A DNA stretch of 64,000 nucleotides from Tubiluchus corallicola (taxonomy: Eukaryota > Animalia > Priapulida), in the NCBI GenBank assembly GCA_030141605.1, contig JAQGDQ010000210.1:320553-384552 (forward strand). The letters are read 5' to 3'. The translations under genes were made by a program, and so were the position numbers. The notes under the pieces are model-generated. The model searched no databases. It worked only from the letters and a program-made list of their open reading frames with translations, and was not told where the DNA came from. Of this stretch, positions 25,142 to 39,966 are shown in pieces (the first letter of the stretch is position 1; the number at the start of each line of letters is the position of its first letter).

Positions 25142-27561
25142 AAAAAAACATAAAAAATATGCTGATATGACTTCGAGCACGAAAAGGGAGCTTGCAACTG
25201 ATGTACAAATACTTGGGAAACGGATTAAGAAGTAGTGATGGCGTAATTTAGCCACTTCATGTGGTCCAAGGTCACTAACCGTATCAACAAATGAAACCCC
25301 ACATTTAACTTCCTATTTGTCACCAACAGTAACCAAGAGAATATCTGTGAAAGTGTTGGAGTTATAATTCCTCAAAGTACAAGACCCTTTCTTGAGCTTT
25401 TAATGGCCAAGGATAATGAGCCAAAGGATGAAACTTTATGAAAAATGTCAAAAACGCTATTAGAATGGCCAAAAGCATCATTTAGTCATGGGCAGCTGTA
25501 TCCAATCATTCCCCATTTCACCAAAATTCGGTCTTGACAGAACTGACTATAATTATAAAGAGCAGTCGCTCGCGTCCAGAGAGCATTCTTGGACGGACAA
25601 GAAGAATTGAAATATAGAGAAACCCACGCCTACTAGAGACGTCTCCGTATGACAGATATCAGCAAATGCTTCAAATTCGACGGTTTTGAATTATCGGTTA
25701 CGATCATAATTGTGGTTTAGCTGAGGCATGGTTGTCACACCTGGGCGCTTGGTTTCGAAATTAAGCAATGCCTGCCTGGTTAGTTAATGGATGAGTGACA
25801 ATTAGAAAAGACACCAATGCTGGTTCGCTGTCTCAGTGTACATTATCTGTACACGGACTACAGTCCTTCCCTTAACCTTATTAGACCCAGCGTTTTGTGC
25901 TGGATGCCGACATTCAGGTTTTCTATGCATATAGAAAAAATACTTTAGAGCTCGTTTATGTACATCAATAAATATCGAAATAAATATATGTACCTGATAC
26001 CTGATACCGGACTGATACCTGTTATTCAAAAAAATCTAAAAATTCAGAAAGGCGTACTACCATTGCACTCTCAACTTGGTTCTATCCCGACAACAGGATG
26101 TAAATAGTTCCCCAACTTACTGTGAACCTAGTAATGAGGTTGAATTCTATCCCTGAGTAGCGAAACGTTGAAAAAATGTTTGTAATTAGGTTTTATGATT
26201 TTAATAACGTTCGTTTTATAATTTTTTATTTAATATTTATTTCTCTGAAGAAAAAACTGCAAAAACTATTTTTCCCGTTTTTTCTGCAACATTTTTTGGT
26301 TAGGAGTGGAATAGAGCTTGCTACAAAGATACTTGGGAAGAAAATGAATTATCGCTGGCGAAGGCTTGAAGGCATAAAAGAGATATTAATTTCCTTTATT
26401 AATGAGTGAAATTAAGTAAAAACGTTTGTTCTGAAAAAGTAGTAAATTAGATTTGTCGAAATGACACGCTACGTTTACAGCGATGTACCAACGCGTGAAA
26501 TTTTCTTACCTTTTTTTGTCTTTAATGGGCATTTATTCCTATGAAATCTCAGCTGCGATGTTAAAATTCAAAGATAAACGCCTTCCTATGTCTCTAAACT
26601 TTAAACAAAAATCTTGGGATGATCAAGTACACAAGATGCATTCTCCATGGACTGACTGCAGATTGGAGACGCGTAGAATTCTCTGATTAAAGCGTCTTCG
26701 TACTAAACGAACACTTGCAGCGTCTAGCTTCGATTTCAGCTCCATTATAAGGCATGTGTGTAAATCAGACTAGCGATTACGCATGCTTGAAAACTTGGCT
26801 TCTTCTGCCTAGGTACTAAAAGCATCAATCACTGAAAAATGATAAAGGGAAAAGAATAGGAGACATAAAATAACGATCAGACTGTATTTTTATGGCATGA
26901 AATTATATACGTTTAGAATTTTAAAAAAAATTAATAAAATTATTAGTTTCAGTTGAATAAAAAATACCACTATGAATGAACTGTCACATTTCCCTTCTTT
27001 TATTTTATCAATGTATTTTTTTTGCTTCTCCTTTAGCTACGATACAGTGGTATACAACGAATATATTTTCCATTACTACTACTATTATTATTGTTGTTGT
27101 TGTTGTTGTTGTCGTTGCTGTTGTAATTATTATTATTTTGATCATCATCATCATCATCATTATATTTTTGTTACTGTTATTATCATTGTCATAATTTTTG
27201 TTTGTGACATTAAAACTTAACAGACTTCTTTAAATGAATATGGAAAATTCACACCTTAGTTGCGGGTGCTACTTCAGTTTCTCGGAAGGCTCTTCAAACC
27301 ATTTTGCTCCAAGCAGTAAAAAATCGACTACAAACGTTTAAGTGCCCGAAAGGGCACTTACAGTCGGTTACGTTTAACAGAATGCAGGTCCAATGAATGT
27401 CTAATTTTAAAGAATTAGCGTCTTAACAGCTTGGCACGCAAAGTGTTTATTGATAGAAAATTACTTTCGTTTGAGTCGGTGTCTATTTGTAGCTGAGTAA
27501 AAATTGCCTCAAAGAAGTGCTGACGTCATGCACGTCGGTTTACAGCTTCGTATGAATTGAT

Positions 27562-27790
<229 letters not shown>

Positions 27791-28992
27791 TCTGTTGTTC
27801 ATCACCTATTCCTTTTCTCTTTTATTCTTCAATCTTCTTAACAATGCAAATGGGAAAGCCGACAATTGTACGGTATGAGGCAATTATGCGATATAAAAAA
27901 ACAAAATTTTTCGTTGTTTTCGATTTCTTTTAAATATTTTACATGTATCATTTCTAGTAGTAATACATGGACTACAGGTGAACTTGAAGCGTAGACAGAG
28001 ACAAAATAACAGTGTAGTTGAATCTGATAAAATATTTGCCAGTTATTTTAACAACAAAAATGCAGAACAAATATTACTAAATCGTCTAAGCATGCTGTTC
28101 ACAAATGGATGTAAGTACGTGAGTTATAATTAACCGACACTCAATTCACTCATTTTTCTGCAATGAGTGTAAATTTATCTTTTGCTTTACACGGAATGCG
28201 TAAAGTTTTTTCTTTTTTTGAAAACGCGAGAAAATCTAAGAAGCCGCGTCTTCTATTGACAGAAAGACATGAAAAAATTTGTGATAACTGATTTGTTTGT
28301 TGCAATATAGGTATTAATTAAGGCTTAATTAATTTAACCTGATTCATTGAATGTATTACTCAAGGGGATTTTTCGCTAGGAAATTACTCATAACTGGTTG
28401 CTACATAAAAAGCACAAATAAAACCTTATCAGTATCTGTCTCTTATCAACAACAAATCATATAACAATTTAACCTTTTCTGCAGTTGCCAATTTTTAAAT
28501 AAAGAACGGGTCTTAGCGCTCTACGTCGTATAAATGTAATGTCAGTAAGTGCTTTGCTGATCAAGGCGTGTCAGAGAGAAAGGAAATTTGTCTGCGCAGC
28601 AAAATTACGTCAGTTCCTGTCTACTTTCGCCATTCGTCTTTACTAACCTCAACACAAACAACTTTTAGAAAATGTGTAACCAGTGTCTGCTCATCTCATC
28701 TTAGCTTGTCTTGAACATAAATGCCTAATTATTTTCTAACATTCGCATATGATTTATAATGTGCATCGTTGTAGAAGTAACATAGAAGTGACGTTGTAGT
28801 TGTAGAATTTCCAACGTCCACACAATATTGTTGAAGTAAACTCAGTCCGATCTGTTCCGAGCGTCCTACATTTACTTTATGTTACCAGGGCCGGCCTTAG
28901 GTAATTGGAGGCCCTAGGCGAAGTGAATGTGGTAGCCCCAAATGAAATAGAAAAATAAAAAATAAATACGAAAAAAATAAAATTACGCAATT

Positions 28993-29136
<144 letters not shown>

Positions 29137-29388
29137 ATGTTACCAAGTGTGCAAGATGCAAACAGCCCAGATTACAAATGTCTTAGTAAAACAAATTAAT
29201 TCGTCATAATTAATGCAGACCTACGCATACTGTTATAATATTAAAGCGTTAGTGAATAGCATTTAGCAGTATCCTAGCTTCTAAGTGTCCAGGGCTTGGC
29301 TTTAATTAATTATTGAGGGTCATACATGCAAATATGTCACTCAAAAATGCAGTTCTAAACTAATTATGAAATACACGCGTAGTGTTAA

Positions 29389-30130
29389 AGCACAAGAAAA
29401 CCCTCAACTTACATAAAGATTAAAAAATTCGTCTTGAAACTTTATACCACTTGCATACTGCCTTTTTGCATATTAGACTTGCGTAGGCAATAACCATGTA
29501 TAAAACATGTAAATTTAAACTCCCGCAATGACCGTTATACGCGACCATTTTGACGACGGGTCATTTAAAACAAGTGTAGATAAGATTCTGTAAAGATTGA
29601 AAAAATAATCAGAGCATTCGTAACGCACGCGCCACTAACTAAGTAAAATTTTAAATTACTGTATCTTGTCAATAAGATTAAAATACGTTTTTGGTTAGTG
29701 AGTGGTGCACCCTGGAGGGTGAGTCAGCGACATTTTACAAATTGGTGAAATCATTTTAAATAATTAATAATTTTCTTTTCTAGTTACGTAAATCTTTCAA
29801 GCAGGTAAGCGAAAATCTAAGCACTATAATTTTTCAAGGAAAGTTTTTTTGGAGCATAGTTTAACATATTAACATATACTTTTCTTCTCCTGATTTACGT
29901 TTGCGTGATGTAATGGCGCCGTCAGAACAGTATTGCGGGAAGTTTAAAATGAAAACAAAAAAAGTCTTTTCAACGCGAGTACGATATACGCGTAAAATTT
30001 CTATTAAGTAATATAATTTCTTAAGGCGATTTTTCTGAAACCTATTTTAGGTACCCCATCCATAGTACTTACATATCCATAGCTACATCTAGTGAAAAAT
30101 ATCTGATCACATTATATTTGAAACAGGTAT
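29389..30130. mobile_element. Kolobok-like non-autonomous element, family B
   Basis: TTAA|AGCACAAGAAAACCC start, colinear with 39967-40632. Right boundary approximate. Confidence 0.78.
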
Positions 30131-30979
30131 TTATAATATGGACATGAAAAGATAAAAATGTTTATTACCTGCTAAAGCTAATATTTTGATCAGAAATTTT
30201 TCTAAATATAAAGTAAGAGTCCAATTGTTTAAAACATTTTGTACAAATGTTTATAGGTCGTCGCTCCTTTGTAGATATTCATTTCGGCAATTTAAGGTTA
30301 CATACAATAATTGTATTAGGAATAATAATTGTATTGCGCTCGGCAAAAGTGTATAGATCGAAATATTTTTATTTTGATGCCATATTACGAAAATGTTGTT
30401 ATTCACTTATGACAAGATGTTATGCATGTTATGCTGTCTAAGGAATTCAGATATTCTGATTACATCAAAATCACGCAACTTTTGACGATTAACATTGTAC
30501 CTGTGATTCGCTGCATTTTAACTAAAATTTCTAATAGGTAAATATTTACTTTTTATCATATAATTTTTGGAAATTTTAACTTTTTACTGCAAATATGTTT
30601 TATGAACTTCGTGCTTGAAATAAAATAACTTACTTATTTACTTACTTTCTTATAGCTTCGACTTGCATAAACAACTTGAGGTTTTATATTACGTAAATAA
30701 AAATCAAGCAAATAAGAACTTTGATGGTTTCGTAACATCTTCAAGGACATAATTCTCGTAACTCTAGCAAGGTATTGAAACATCATATGTGTAGAGCAAC
30801 GTTATGCCAAAGGTGACTCTGACTTTACATTGAATTTTTCCAATTTATTTAAGAATGATCCTCTCCTTCTAAACTTTAGTAGCGTAAGATAATATGTAAC
30901 TTATGACATGATAATATATAATCATGTCACTTATTATGTTGTTGCTGCTAAACCAGAGGAAACGAAATGCTTGATAGAG

Positions 30980-31645
30980 CAGAAATAGCAGTTTGAGAAA
31001 GACTTCAGTAAATTCAAGGGCCCTTCTCGCTGACCGAGAACATTCTTGTCGCAAGCCTTTCGCTAACTTCGGATTTCTACTAAATTGTATCCAAATTTGT
31101 TCATTAATTTCAAAACGTTTATTCAGGTCATTAACTTATCACGTGATTAGCAGCCTTTCCATCACGTGATGTTCGTCTATACGACGCTGCTAAGCACGTG
31201 ACTGGTAGCAAGCTGTTCCAGATGAAGCTATGCAAGTTTGTTTACGTGACTGTCGTTGTCCGATTATATTTAGCAATTTCCGGGACACAAAACCTGACAA
31301 ACGACAAATCTAACGAAGAGAAATAGCAGTTGGTGAAAAGCCTGCGTAAATTCAAGAGCCCTTTTCTTTGACCTAGAAAATTCTTATTTTTCGCCAACTT
31401 CTAACTTACACTAAATTATACATGAGTCTTTACATTTGGCCATTTATTTCAAAATGTTTATTGCGGTCATTTTGTCTTTCCATAATTTTTCATCACGTCA
31501 CATTCGTCTGCGAGACGTCTGCTAAGCACGTGACTGGTAACCATCTGCTCCAGAAGCCATGCGACTTTGTTTACGTGACTCTCGGTAATTTGTTTACGAT
31601 TATATTCGGTAATTTCCGGGACACGAAACCTGTCAAACGAAATCA
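30980..31645. repeat. Diverged tandem duplication (about 340-bp unit x2) rich in CACGTG/TACGTG motifs
   Basis: Shared blocks gaaatagcagtt, gtaaattcaag, tgctaagcacgtgactggta, tttgtttacgtgact and aatttccgggacac occur in the same order in both halves. Confidence 0.8.
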
Positions 31646-33554
31646 GTGGAGGTGCGTAGGCAGTATAAAGTTTCTTGAAACCCACGGATATATCGATTGG
31701 TGCCTTTCCTCAAGGAAATCTGCATGCAGTAATCCAAGTTGTTATATGGTTTTTAGTGAACATGTGAATCTTACTTATTGCAACACAGTTTCATTTGAAA
31801 CTGTAGACAATGAGATAGGTTGTTCATTCGCTTTTGGGCTGTTGCAAGCTTAAATGGGAAGCGGTGATAATCTTGGATAAACCCTGTGTTTAACTCGGAA
31901 GAAACAGTTAAAAAATGTCTCGGAAAAAGTTTAAGTATAGTGATCACTCACTGTTATTTAGTGAGGAACTATCGCGTATGTATGCCTGGGAAGGGACGTC
32001 AGTGGTCACGTGCTGTCGGTATCCAATCGCCGTTTTTGTTGCTTAATTACTGCCGCATACAAGCTAACAGTGGAGTTTATGGCTTTATGCCTTTGTGGTT
32101 TTTACTTCTTAAAAGTCTTAATTTGTCTGAGAGTGTCCACCTCATCCCAGATGCTCAAGCATAATAACAAGAAAACGGGCAAAATGCTGGAAAAGGGGGA
32201 TTTTTGGATCAATTTTCTTCCCATGCCCATATTTCAAAGATAAACAGACAACATTAATGATACGACAATTGACATCAAACATATTGGTTTATCGCTCCAT
32301 CCCCGCTGCAACGTAAGCACGCTCTGCAGCATTCGGGACAACAGCTCACGCTGAACAACAACAACTCTAGAAACTAAATTAAACTAAACTAAACAGCACG
32401 ACAGTCACAACTAATGTCTAATCAGCAGACGAACTGATTGCACTTTTTCATAAACACAAATTTGCGAAGCAGCAGCTATTTTAACACCGAAATTAACACT
32501 TCAAGTAGCCGAAAAATGACTTTTCAATTTAACCAGAATGTAGAGACGAAGTTTCAAAGTACTACAAAATACAGAGACATAAATATAATAAAGAAACTAA
32601 GCCAGTTAGCCTTGCTTTGCAATAAACAAGTAACAAAAATATTAAGTCTTTCTTGCATTTAAACATACGAACAGCAAGCCTGCCATGTGTTTTTCTATAT
32701 TACATGTGCTCGTCTGCAAGTTTTATTAAATTTTTGTATTTTTCCGTTTGTCAGGCTACGGAAATGGCATAAATTTGACTGTTCCATTCCATAGAACGAC
32801 CCTTATATTGAATGCCCAAGTCACATAAATTCCTATGGTATCTTTTTATCTTGATTGTAACCGGAAAATAGTGTACAATTAGCTAATATTACATTGATGT
32901 ATAATATAAGTTTTGACCACATTTGAATTTATTTTGACTGTGAAGATCTCATTGGGGTTTGTTAAACTGGCCAGAAAAGAAAACATTTTGTTTTGTCCTT
33001 ATTTAAAGTTAATCAAATAGTTGTTTTTATCTAACTTGCAAAGCCATAAACTAAACTAAACTGCGTATTTTCTTGATTGCAAAATGGTTTAATCAGCAAC
33101 TTATAGACGTAAGCGTTGTGCATTTCTTCCTATAAACTAAACTAGACTATATATTTCCACTAATTCACTTGCAATTTCAATTGACAATAATAAAATCTAG
33201 AACCAAGTCAATATTTCTCCCGGTAAGTAATGAAAAGTTGAGCATTTTTCATAACAGCGTTAGACGGAGCTGTAGCTAAATGTCCCGAACGTACCTGCTG
33301 CAGGGGTGTGTGAAATACCTTGCAGGCTGATTGGGCAGTCAATAAAAAATGATTGACATTATGTTAGACGTCAATTAATAAGCCAAGCATCATTAAACTG
33401 AAAATCCAAACTGGTGCTGCGGTGTCGTTGCATGAGCAACTTGTATGAAGACTAAGCCATAAAGTTTTGCACCAACAAAATTAGACCAGCTATAGTTGCA
33501 TGATGTCAACAACTGCAGCAGATATAAGAACAAATAAGTAGCAATTTTAATAAA

Positions 33555-34430
33555 TGTTGGTATTTTGAAATTAAAGATATTATTAACAAATATAAAATTG
33601 ACCTAAATGTAGTTGATATAACTTCAGTCAAAAAGTCTAAATGGAACAAGTACATAAAAAGTAATGTAATGTATACGCTCAAACCAAAGTTGCGTTCCCA
33701 TATCTATGTTAGTTTATTCTGCAAAATACAAATTTTCTCTAGTCTACAATTACTACCTCTACAAAACTACTGAAATAAGTGCTAGAAAATAAGTGCTACA
33801 GATTACTACGTTACACTAAAAAGCTAACATGTATACATACATTGTTGGTCCAATATTGAGTCGAGAAAAAGCCAGAAGGTCAGTAAAAGGTAGCAGTATA
33901 ATTAATGTACATTTTAAATGTAACAGAGACGTGTGTACATAACAAGTTCCACCTATAACAATGTCAGAGTAGAAAAAGTAGTCTAGCTTGTTGAACTACA
34001 GTCTAATATATTGTGGCTTCTAATGCATATATTACCTTGGGAAGGGGTAAATGACCAAAACATTTGTACCTGCAACAAGTGAAATTAATTTGTTTATCAC
34101 AAATTAACTTAAAGTTAAAACAGAAAACATGAAAAAATTAAGATTTCTAAAAAAAACAGTTTTCAAAGGCAAGACCATGTGTTAAAATATCATTTAGACG
34201 AGACGAGAGAAATTATGGCGAAAAGGTTAAATATGATTGACCTAAAAACAAATTTTAAAAACTCGTATAAGGAAGGTTTGAAATGTCCATTCTGTCATTT
34301 TCCAGATGATACTACAGAACGTATGTTTGAATGTAGTGAATGTAGATCAATATACATTAATAAATGGGAATTATTTGTGCCAGATGTTAATGATACCTAC
34401 ATAGATAAATTGAGAAAAGTTCGATTGTAT
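33555..34430 (+). mobile_element. Degenerate LINE ORF2 C-terminal remnant (interrupted)
   Basis: RLNMIDLKTNFK…KCPFC…DTTERMFEC zinc-knuckle-like end, with upstream KKSKWNKYIK fragment. Confidence 0.6.
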
Positions 34431-34744
34431 ACATGTCACAGAGCTGTCGCAGCTGAAAGTGAAATGAAGGACGAATCAACAGTAATAGTAATTGTTGACT
34501 GATGGAAAAAAAGAAATTTATGTGTATAAAGTGAACAAAATACGCGTTTTTGATCTTGCAAATTGGTGCTTTTTATTGATGTCAGTTTGCTCGCCGTTTT
34601 GTGAAGAGGATCGCATGTATCCACGGTACCCACCGCGGTCCTCAGTAGCTGTGGAAATACCAGCAGCATAAATAACACTACCATGACATTTTCATTGGCA
34701 TCATATATTGAAGATAGTGATAAACTCAGAACGCATAACTTTTC

Positions 34745-35130
34745 AAAAATACTTATAGAATGGAAAATTATTGTTTGACTGGTATCCCAAAACATGTCCA
34801 AACTACTTTAACAATATTTCGTATTAGTGCTCATAAATTAGCAATTGAAATCGGTAGATATCATAAACCGAAAAAATACCTGTTAGAGCAACGAGTATGC
34901 AAAAATTGTTGTTTGAATAAAGTGGAGGATGAACTACATGTAATTACTGAATGTCTACGTTATGCTCATATAAGAGAGGAATGTTTTGGTACTCTCTCTG
35001 ATTTTTGGTTCCAACTTTCACTATATGCCTCCTAATGAGAAGTTTGTGTTTTTAAATTCGTCATAAGATTGAGAAGTCAGAAGTGATAAAAATCAATGCA
35101 AGATTGATCCAGAAAATCTTTGAATGCAGA
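34745..35130 (+). mobile_element. LINE 3'-end fragment
   Basis: FRISAHKLAIEIGRY…RVCKNC…VEDELHVITEC motif typical of non-LTR ORF2 C-termini. Confidence 0.85.
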
Positions 35131-36451
35131 CCTGACTGAGATAACTCACAGCAAGCCTGACTGATTAACTGCAATAATTGTAGAATAGTAAGTCTATGTC
35201 ATCAAGACTGTTTAAACGTATATATGTTGCTTTATTGTATGTGTTTATGTGCTTGAACCATTATAATACCATAGACATGTGTTTTTTGTATTGTTGTAGT
35301 CTGTTCCTTTTTATGTCTAGTGTATACAGTTTTTGTCTCTTTTGTATTCTGTGCTCTGGTTCAATAAACAAATATATTACCAACACATGTCAACAAGAAT
35401 AATTACATCAAACAGTAAACAACAATCTCAGCACATAAGGGATTTTTATCGCTGTTTCCCATTTAAGCTTAGGCACAACACATGACTACTACACGAAAAC
35501 GGGCAACCGAGCAGCGGTCTACCCTAAGAATTAGGAAAAATAGGCATTTTGAAAATCTGTTGCCACTATGTGTAGAAAATAGGTAAGTTAAGAGATCTGT
35601 GAACATACATAAAATGCACGTAGCACATTACCAGCACTATCATCATCATGCCATCGCTACCACTACCATTGTCGTCATTACTATCACTGTCATTATCAAC
35701 ACCACCTTCTTTATAATTTTGGGTGGCACCGTGAGCCCAGTAATATTGGCTGGAATTTGCATATATTGGCATCTTACTTTATTTTGCGATATTGAAATTT
35801 GAACATTTTACAAGTTATAATTTTCGTGGCTTCTACTACTTGTCACACTATAAAAGTGTCAATAGTAATGCTGCACTGACGCAGCTTTAGCCAAGGCTGC
35901 GTTCATTGCTGCGTTGCTGTCCTTAAAATATCATTGTAGTGATCATTCTTGCGATAATATCTATTGCTGTTTATTGGTATTTTGCGCTTAGCTGCATTGT
36001 TTGTCACTACATAAAAAGTACTACAATTAAAAAATGAAAAACGCTCTTTTCGCGTTCATATAGTACAGTAACATCTTCTTCATTTGTCATATTATTATTG
36101 GGAATCATAACAAAATATTAAGATGCTCAGTGATAGTTAAAAACATTCACAGTTGGAGGCAAATGTATCAGTGCAAAAACTAAACTACAGATGCAAAAAA
36201 ATAAAATATACGTATTTTCCAAATTTACAAACTGACTATCAGCAAAATTATTCTCATTTTTGTCGCCAGGAATCCGTCCAGGGTTATTGCTTGTCTTTTA
36301 TTTTATTTTTATTTTTGAATTTCTAGTTGCACTTATAGTTTAGCTTGCACCAGACGCATTTGCCCAGAACAGTGTGTTTTTTATATGAACTAACACTGAT
36401 TGTCTGTCTTTTAATATGATGGTCAATGTTTTTAAAATGGCAAATAAAGAT

Positions 36452-36713
<262 letters not shown>

Positions 36714-36924
36714 CTTTTTACCTGTGTTACAAAACTTAAGCTCTTAAGTCCTGTAGGAAACTCAGTAGTACCTGCACAGCTGTTTTATGTTATTTCATGT
36801 TCATTAAAATGTACATTAAAAGATAATCTATAAAACAATGAAAATATGAATGTGGGGAGAGACATAAAGAGACAAGCTGCTTACATACGCCTATCGTACA
36901 CAAGCCTTTTATCAAAATTCAAAA

Positions 36925-37410
36925 ACTTCAATCTATTTTTGAAACGTTTAAAATTGCTTGCTGCAGTACCTTACTCAGCTGGGTAAGGAATTCTATACTT
37001 GAATAACACGGTTGGACAAGAAAAACCAAAAACCTTTGTATTCGTTCTACAAACATACAGTCTGAGATTATGGTTACTTTTTGTGCTATCAGTAAAAGCT
37101 CTCGTAAAAAATCTAAATCAACATCCTTATGTACTATTTTAACTATTTTGCAACACGTGACCAAATCGTTTAGTAATCGTCTCTCCACTAAGATCGTATT
37201 AGAAGGAATTTGAGTCTGTCTGCATATGTTTCGTACATGGGCCTCACATAAACTTTAAATGCTTTAACGAGAACGTTGCTGTTTTTAGTACTGAAAACGC
37301 GAAATATCACGTTTGTTATTCTATTGGTGCGGGTAGAAATTTCAATACAGTGTGCTTTTACCTTTAAGTCGTTAGACACCATAATACCCAGTGACCCACA
37401 CCTGTGACAC
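36925..37410 (-). mobile_element. Degenerate CR1-group LINE fragment
   Basis: GIMVSNDLK…HC…LVKAFKVYVRP…YADRLKFL…ERR motifs with stops and deletions. Confidence 0.75.
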
Positions 37411-37494
37411 TAAAATTGATAAGGAATAGAGGCAATAGCATATCAGTGTTTCTATGAAATATATATTAATTACAGCGTAGAACCAAACTACGTG

Positions 37495-37955
37495 GGACGT
37501 TAATAACCCGTAAAGCTAAAAAATCGTCTGCAAATTTCGTGTCGCTTTTTACTGCCTTATTGCGCACAGAGCTTGTATTAGTAGCAACGCTGCACAAAAC
37601 TTGTAAATTTTGCAAACTCCCGCGATGACCATTGGGTGCAGCCAATTAAGTCGTTTGAAACAAGTTTAGAGAACATTGGGTAAAGTTTAAAAAAATAGTT
37701 ACAGCATTCGTAGCGCACATTGTGATAATAAGCAAAAGTTAAAATTATTTCATGTTGCCAATAAGATTAAGACTACGTTTTTCGGTGAACCAGTGGTGCA
37801 TACTGAGAAGGTGAGTTAGCGACGTTTTACCAGTTGGCGTGAACATACTAAATTACTAAGAATTTTCTTTGTAGTCACATAAGTCTTTCAAAGAGGTATG
37901 CCAAGTGTAACTTTGTGTGGAAAGATTTTTTGGTACATTCTTTAAAATTGCCTTT
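37495..37955. mobile_element. Kolobok-like family B, partial diverged copy
   Basis: Shares aaactcccgc, gtcgtttgaaacaag, caataagattaa and cagtggtgca blocks with the other family B copies. Confidence 0.7.
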
Positions 37956-38684
37956 TATAACCGTAATTGAATAGCCAAGGTATGCTACTGTAGCGAGTTA
38001 CATGGTGCTGCACGCAACAACATTAAAAAATCGGTCTATTGCGTTAAGGGCATTAATGCTAGCACCATTTGTCAAACTAACACCACTGTTGTGCACCACC
38101 GTGTGCAAGACACTATGCTGCACCGTCGTCGCGTCCAGCACCATTATGGTAGTATATCATCGTTACGTGCAAAGAATTTTTAATCATTCATAGCATATTT
38201 ACTCAGACGTAGCTATCAAAAAAGACAAGAAAGACTAATATAACACGATAAAAAACTACTTTATTTTTCTTGATTTTATCTACACTATTTTGCCAGTCAG
38301 TAGTGTGAAAGCAAGAAGTGGCTCTGTACTAACAATTATTTTTGTTCATACTTAAAAATTGGCCTTTTCCGAATTTCTACACTGCGGTTAAGTAACATTC
38401 TACAAGCAAACTTGTTATTCTTCGGATCATATGTTTAACATAAATGGTGTAAGATTCGTGAAAACTGCAAAAAATTATTATAATGATGTCATGGGCTATG
38501 CTCATTAAAACGATATAAAAAACTACATTATTGGTGTTACAGTTTCACTTTTTCAGTACATATACGAGTAGGTGTTACACTTCTGCTTTTTTTAACTAAA
38601 TTTCTTTATATACAATAAAAATGCAATAAAATTTTCATTCAGTGGCATAGATTCCATTTGGCTTGATTTGTAGACGTCTGGTCA

Positions 38685-38888
38685 TTAGCCAAAATAGTAT
38701 CTTCTTCGGCCGTATCTCCTACCGTAACCGTAGCCGCGGTAGCCCCCGTAGCCGCGGTAGCCGCGGTAGCCGCCGTAGCCGCCGTAGTAGCGACGATAAC
38801 CCCCGTAGTATCTAGGGTAGTAGGATCTACGATAACCACCGTATCGACGATAACCCCCGTAGTGGGCGTTGGCTGCTGTGACGAGTAG
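38685..38888 (-). CDS. Secreted Tyr/Gly/Arg-rich peptide, last coding exon (LLVTAANA-HYGGYRRYGGYRRSYYPRYYGGYRRYYGGYGGYRGYRGYGGYRGYGYGRRYGRRRYYFG*)
   Basis: Acceptor tgttttttgtag|, phase 0, 67 codons then TAA TGA. GC-rich island with synonymous variation between repeats. ANA completes the signal-peptidase site. The ORF track shows this exon in the wrong frame. Confidence 0.92.
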   Translation of the reverse strand, partial: LLVTAANAHYGGYRRYGGYRRSYYPRYYGGYRRYYGGYGGYRGYRGYGGYRGYGYGRRYGRRRYYFG

Positions 38889-39539
38889 CTACAAAAAACA
38901 ATTAATTTTGTTAGTAATTTCGTTTTGAAAATGTATGGAGTTATATTTTTTGTTTTGTCTGTTTGGCTAATTAGTTAATGAAACGTATTGTTACTTTGCT
39001 ACCTGTTAGATGCTAGGTTGATTGTTTAGGTGGATGTCGACAAGTTGGCAGGCAAGTTGGTTAGTCGATCGTAGGTTGATCGTAGGTCGGCTACTCAGTG
39101 AGTCAATCAAGTTTTACACAAAACCAGTCTAACCCTGTATACAATGAAACTGAAAGGACACTAGATAAAATTTCAAGGTGCGAATTCTTAAGCTGCGGGT
39201 GTAAACTCACTGATCTTGTCTTTGAAACTTGACGTACAGCACACTGAAGCCGTCTTAGCCGTGGAACTACAGCGGAAACAATTTATGTTCGATTATAGTT
39301 ACGTAGTATAGTAATTTATTGATTTTTGGCAATAGGGCCGATCAAACAGTGAGCACAGTACAACAAAATTTTACATAAAATTGCGAACAAACTTAGCTAC
39401 AGCACATTCGACAGTGACATCATGAAATTGCATCATACAAGTTAGTTTGTCATCAAAATTTAAAAAGTAAAAGTCTGGAATAGAACGTGTGATTGTATTT
39501 ACAAGGAAGTTGCAGGCAGTGTTACGTTTAGAGCAAAAT

Positions 39540-39760
39540 AGAATAAAATGACAATCGTCAGCGACTTCGTTACACTTGGCACATAGACGCTCCTCTCGAG
39601 GAATAAGAGGTCACCGCCCAGTTTCAATAGACAGTGAGTGAGCACTTGCTCTAAGCTTAGCCATTGCTTTTCCATCTTTAATATTCTTTACATTTACCAA
39701 ATAAGACTCAAATTTAAATGTCGGTTTAAATTTACAGTAAAAGGATAACTTTTGTAGTTT
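39540..39760 (-). mobile_element. LINE 3'-end fragment in intron
   Basis: FESYL…AKLRASAHSLSIETGR*…PREERLCAKC motif. Confidence 0.78.
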
Positions 39761-39966
39761 ATAGAATGATGTGGTGGTCCATACTGGAGGGAAAACTGAA
39801 ATTTGGGCAAGCTCTCCAGGTCTGGCTGCAATAAAACCAGACACCTGATTTTTTTCAGGAGTTGCAGAACTGTATATTTCATGACTGCAGAAAAAGAAAA
39901 CTGACTGAGACAACATGTGGGAATTCAGCAAATTTCCAGACAAGCTTAAAAATGCCAACCACTTAA

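Noticed and set aside
38639-38839. Track ORF MVIVDPTTLDTTG…ATAATAA (antifreeze-like Thr/Ala)
   Set aside because: Wrong frame; the splice acceptor phase, signal-peptide completion and wobble pattern support the Tyr/Gly/Arg frame.
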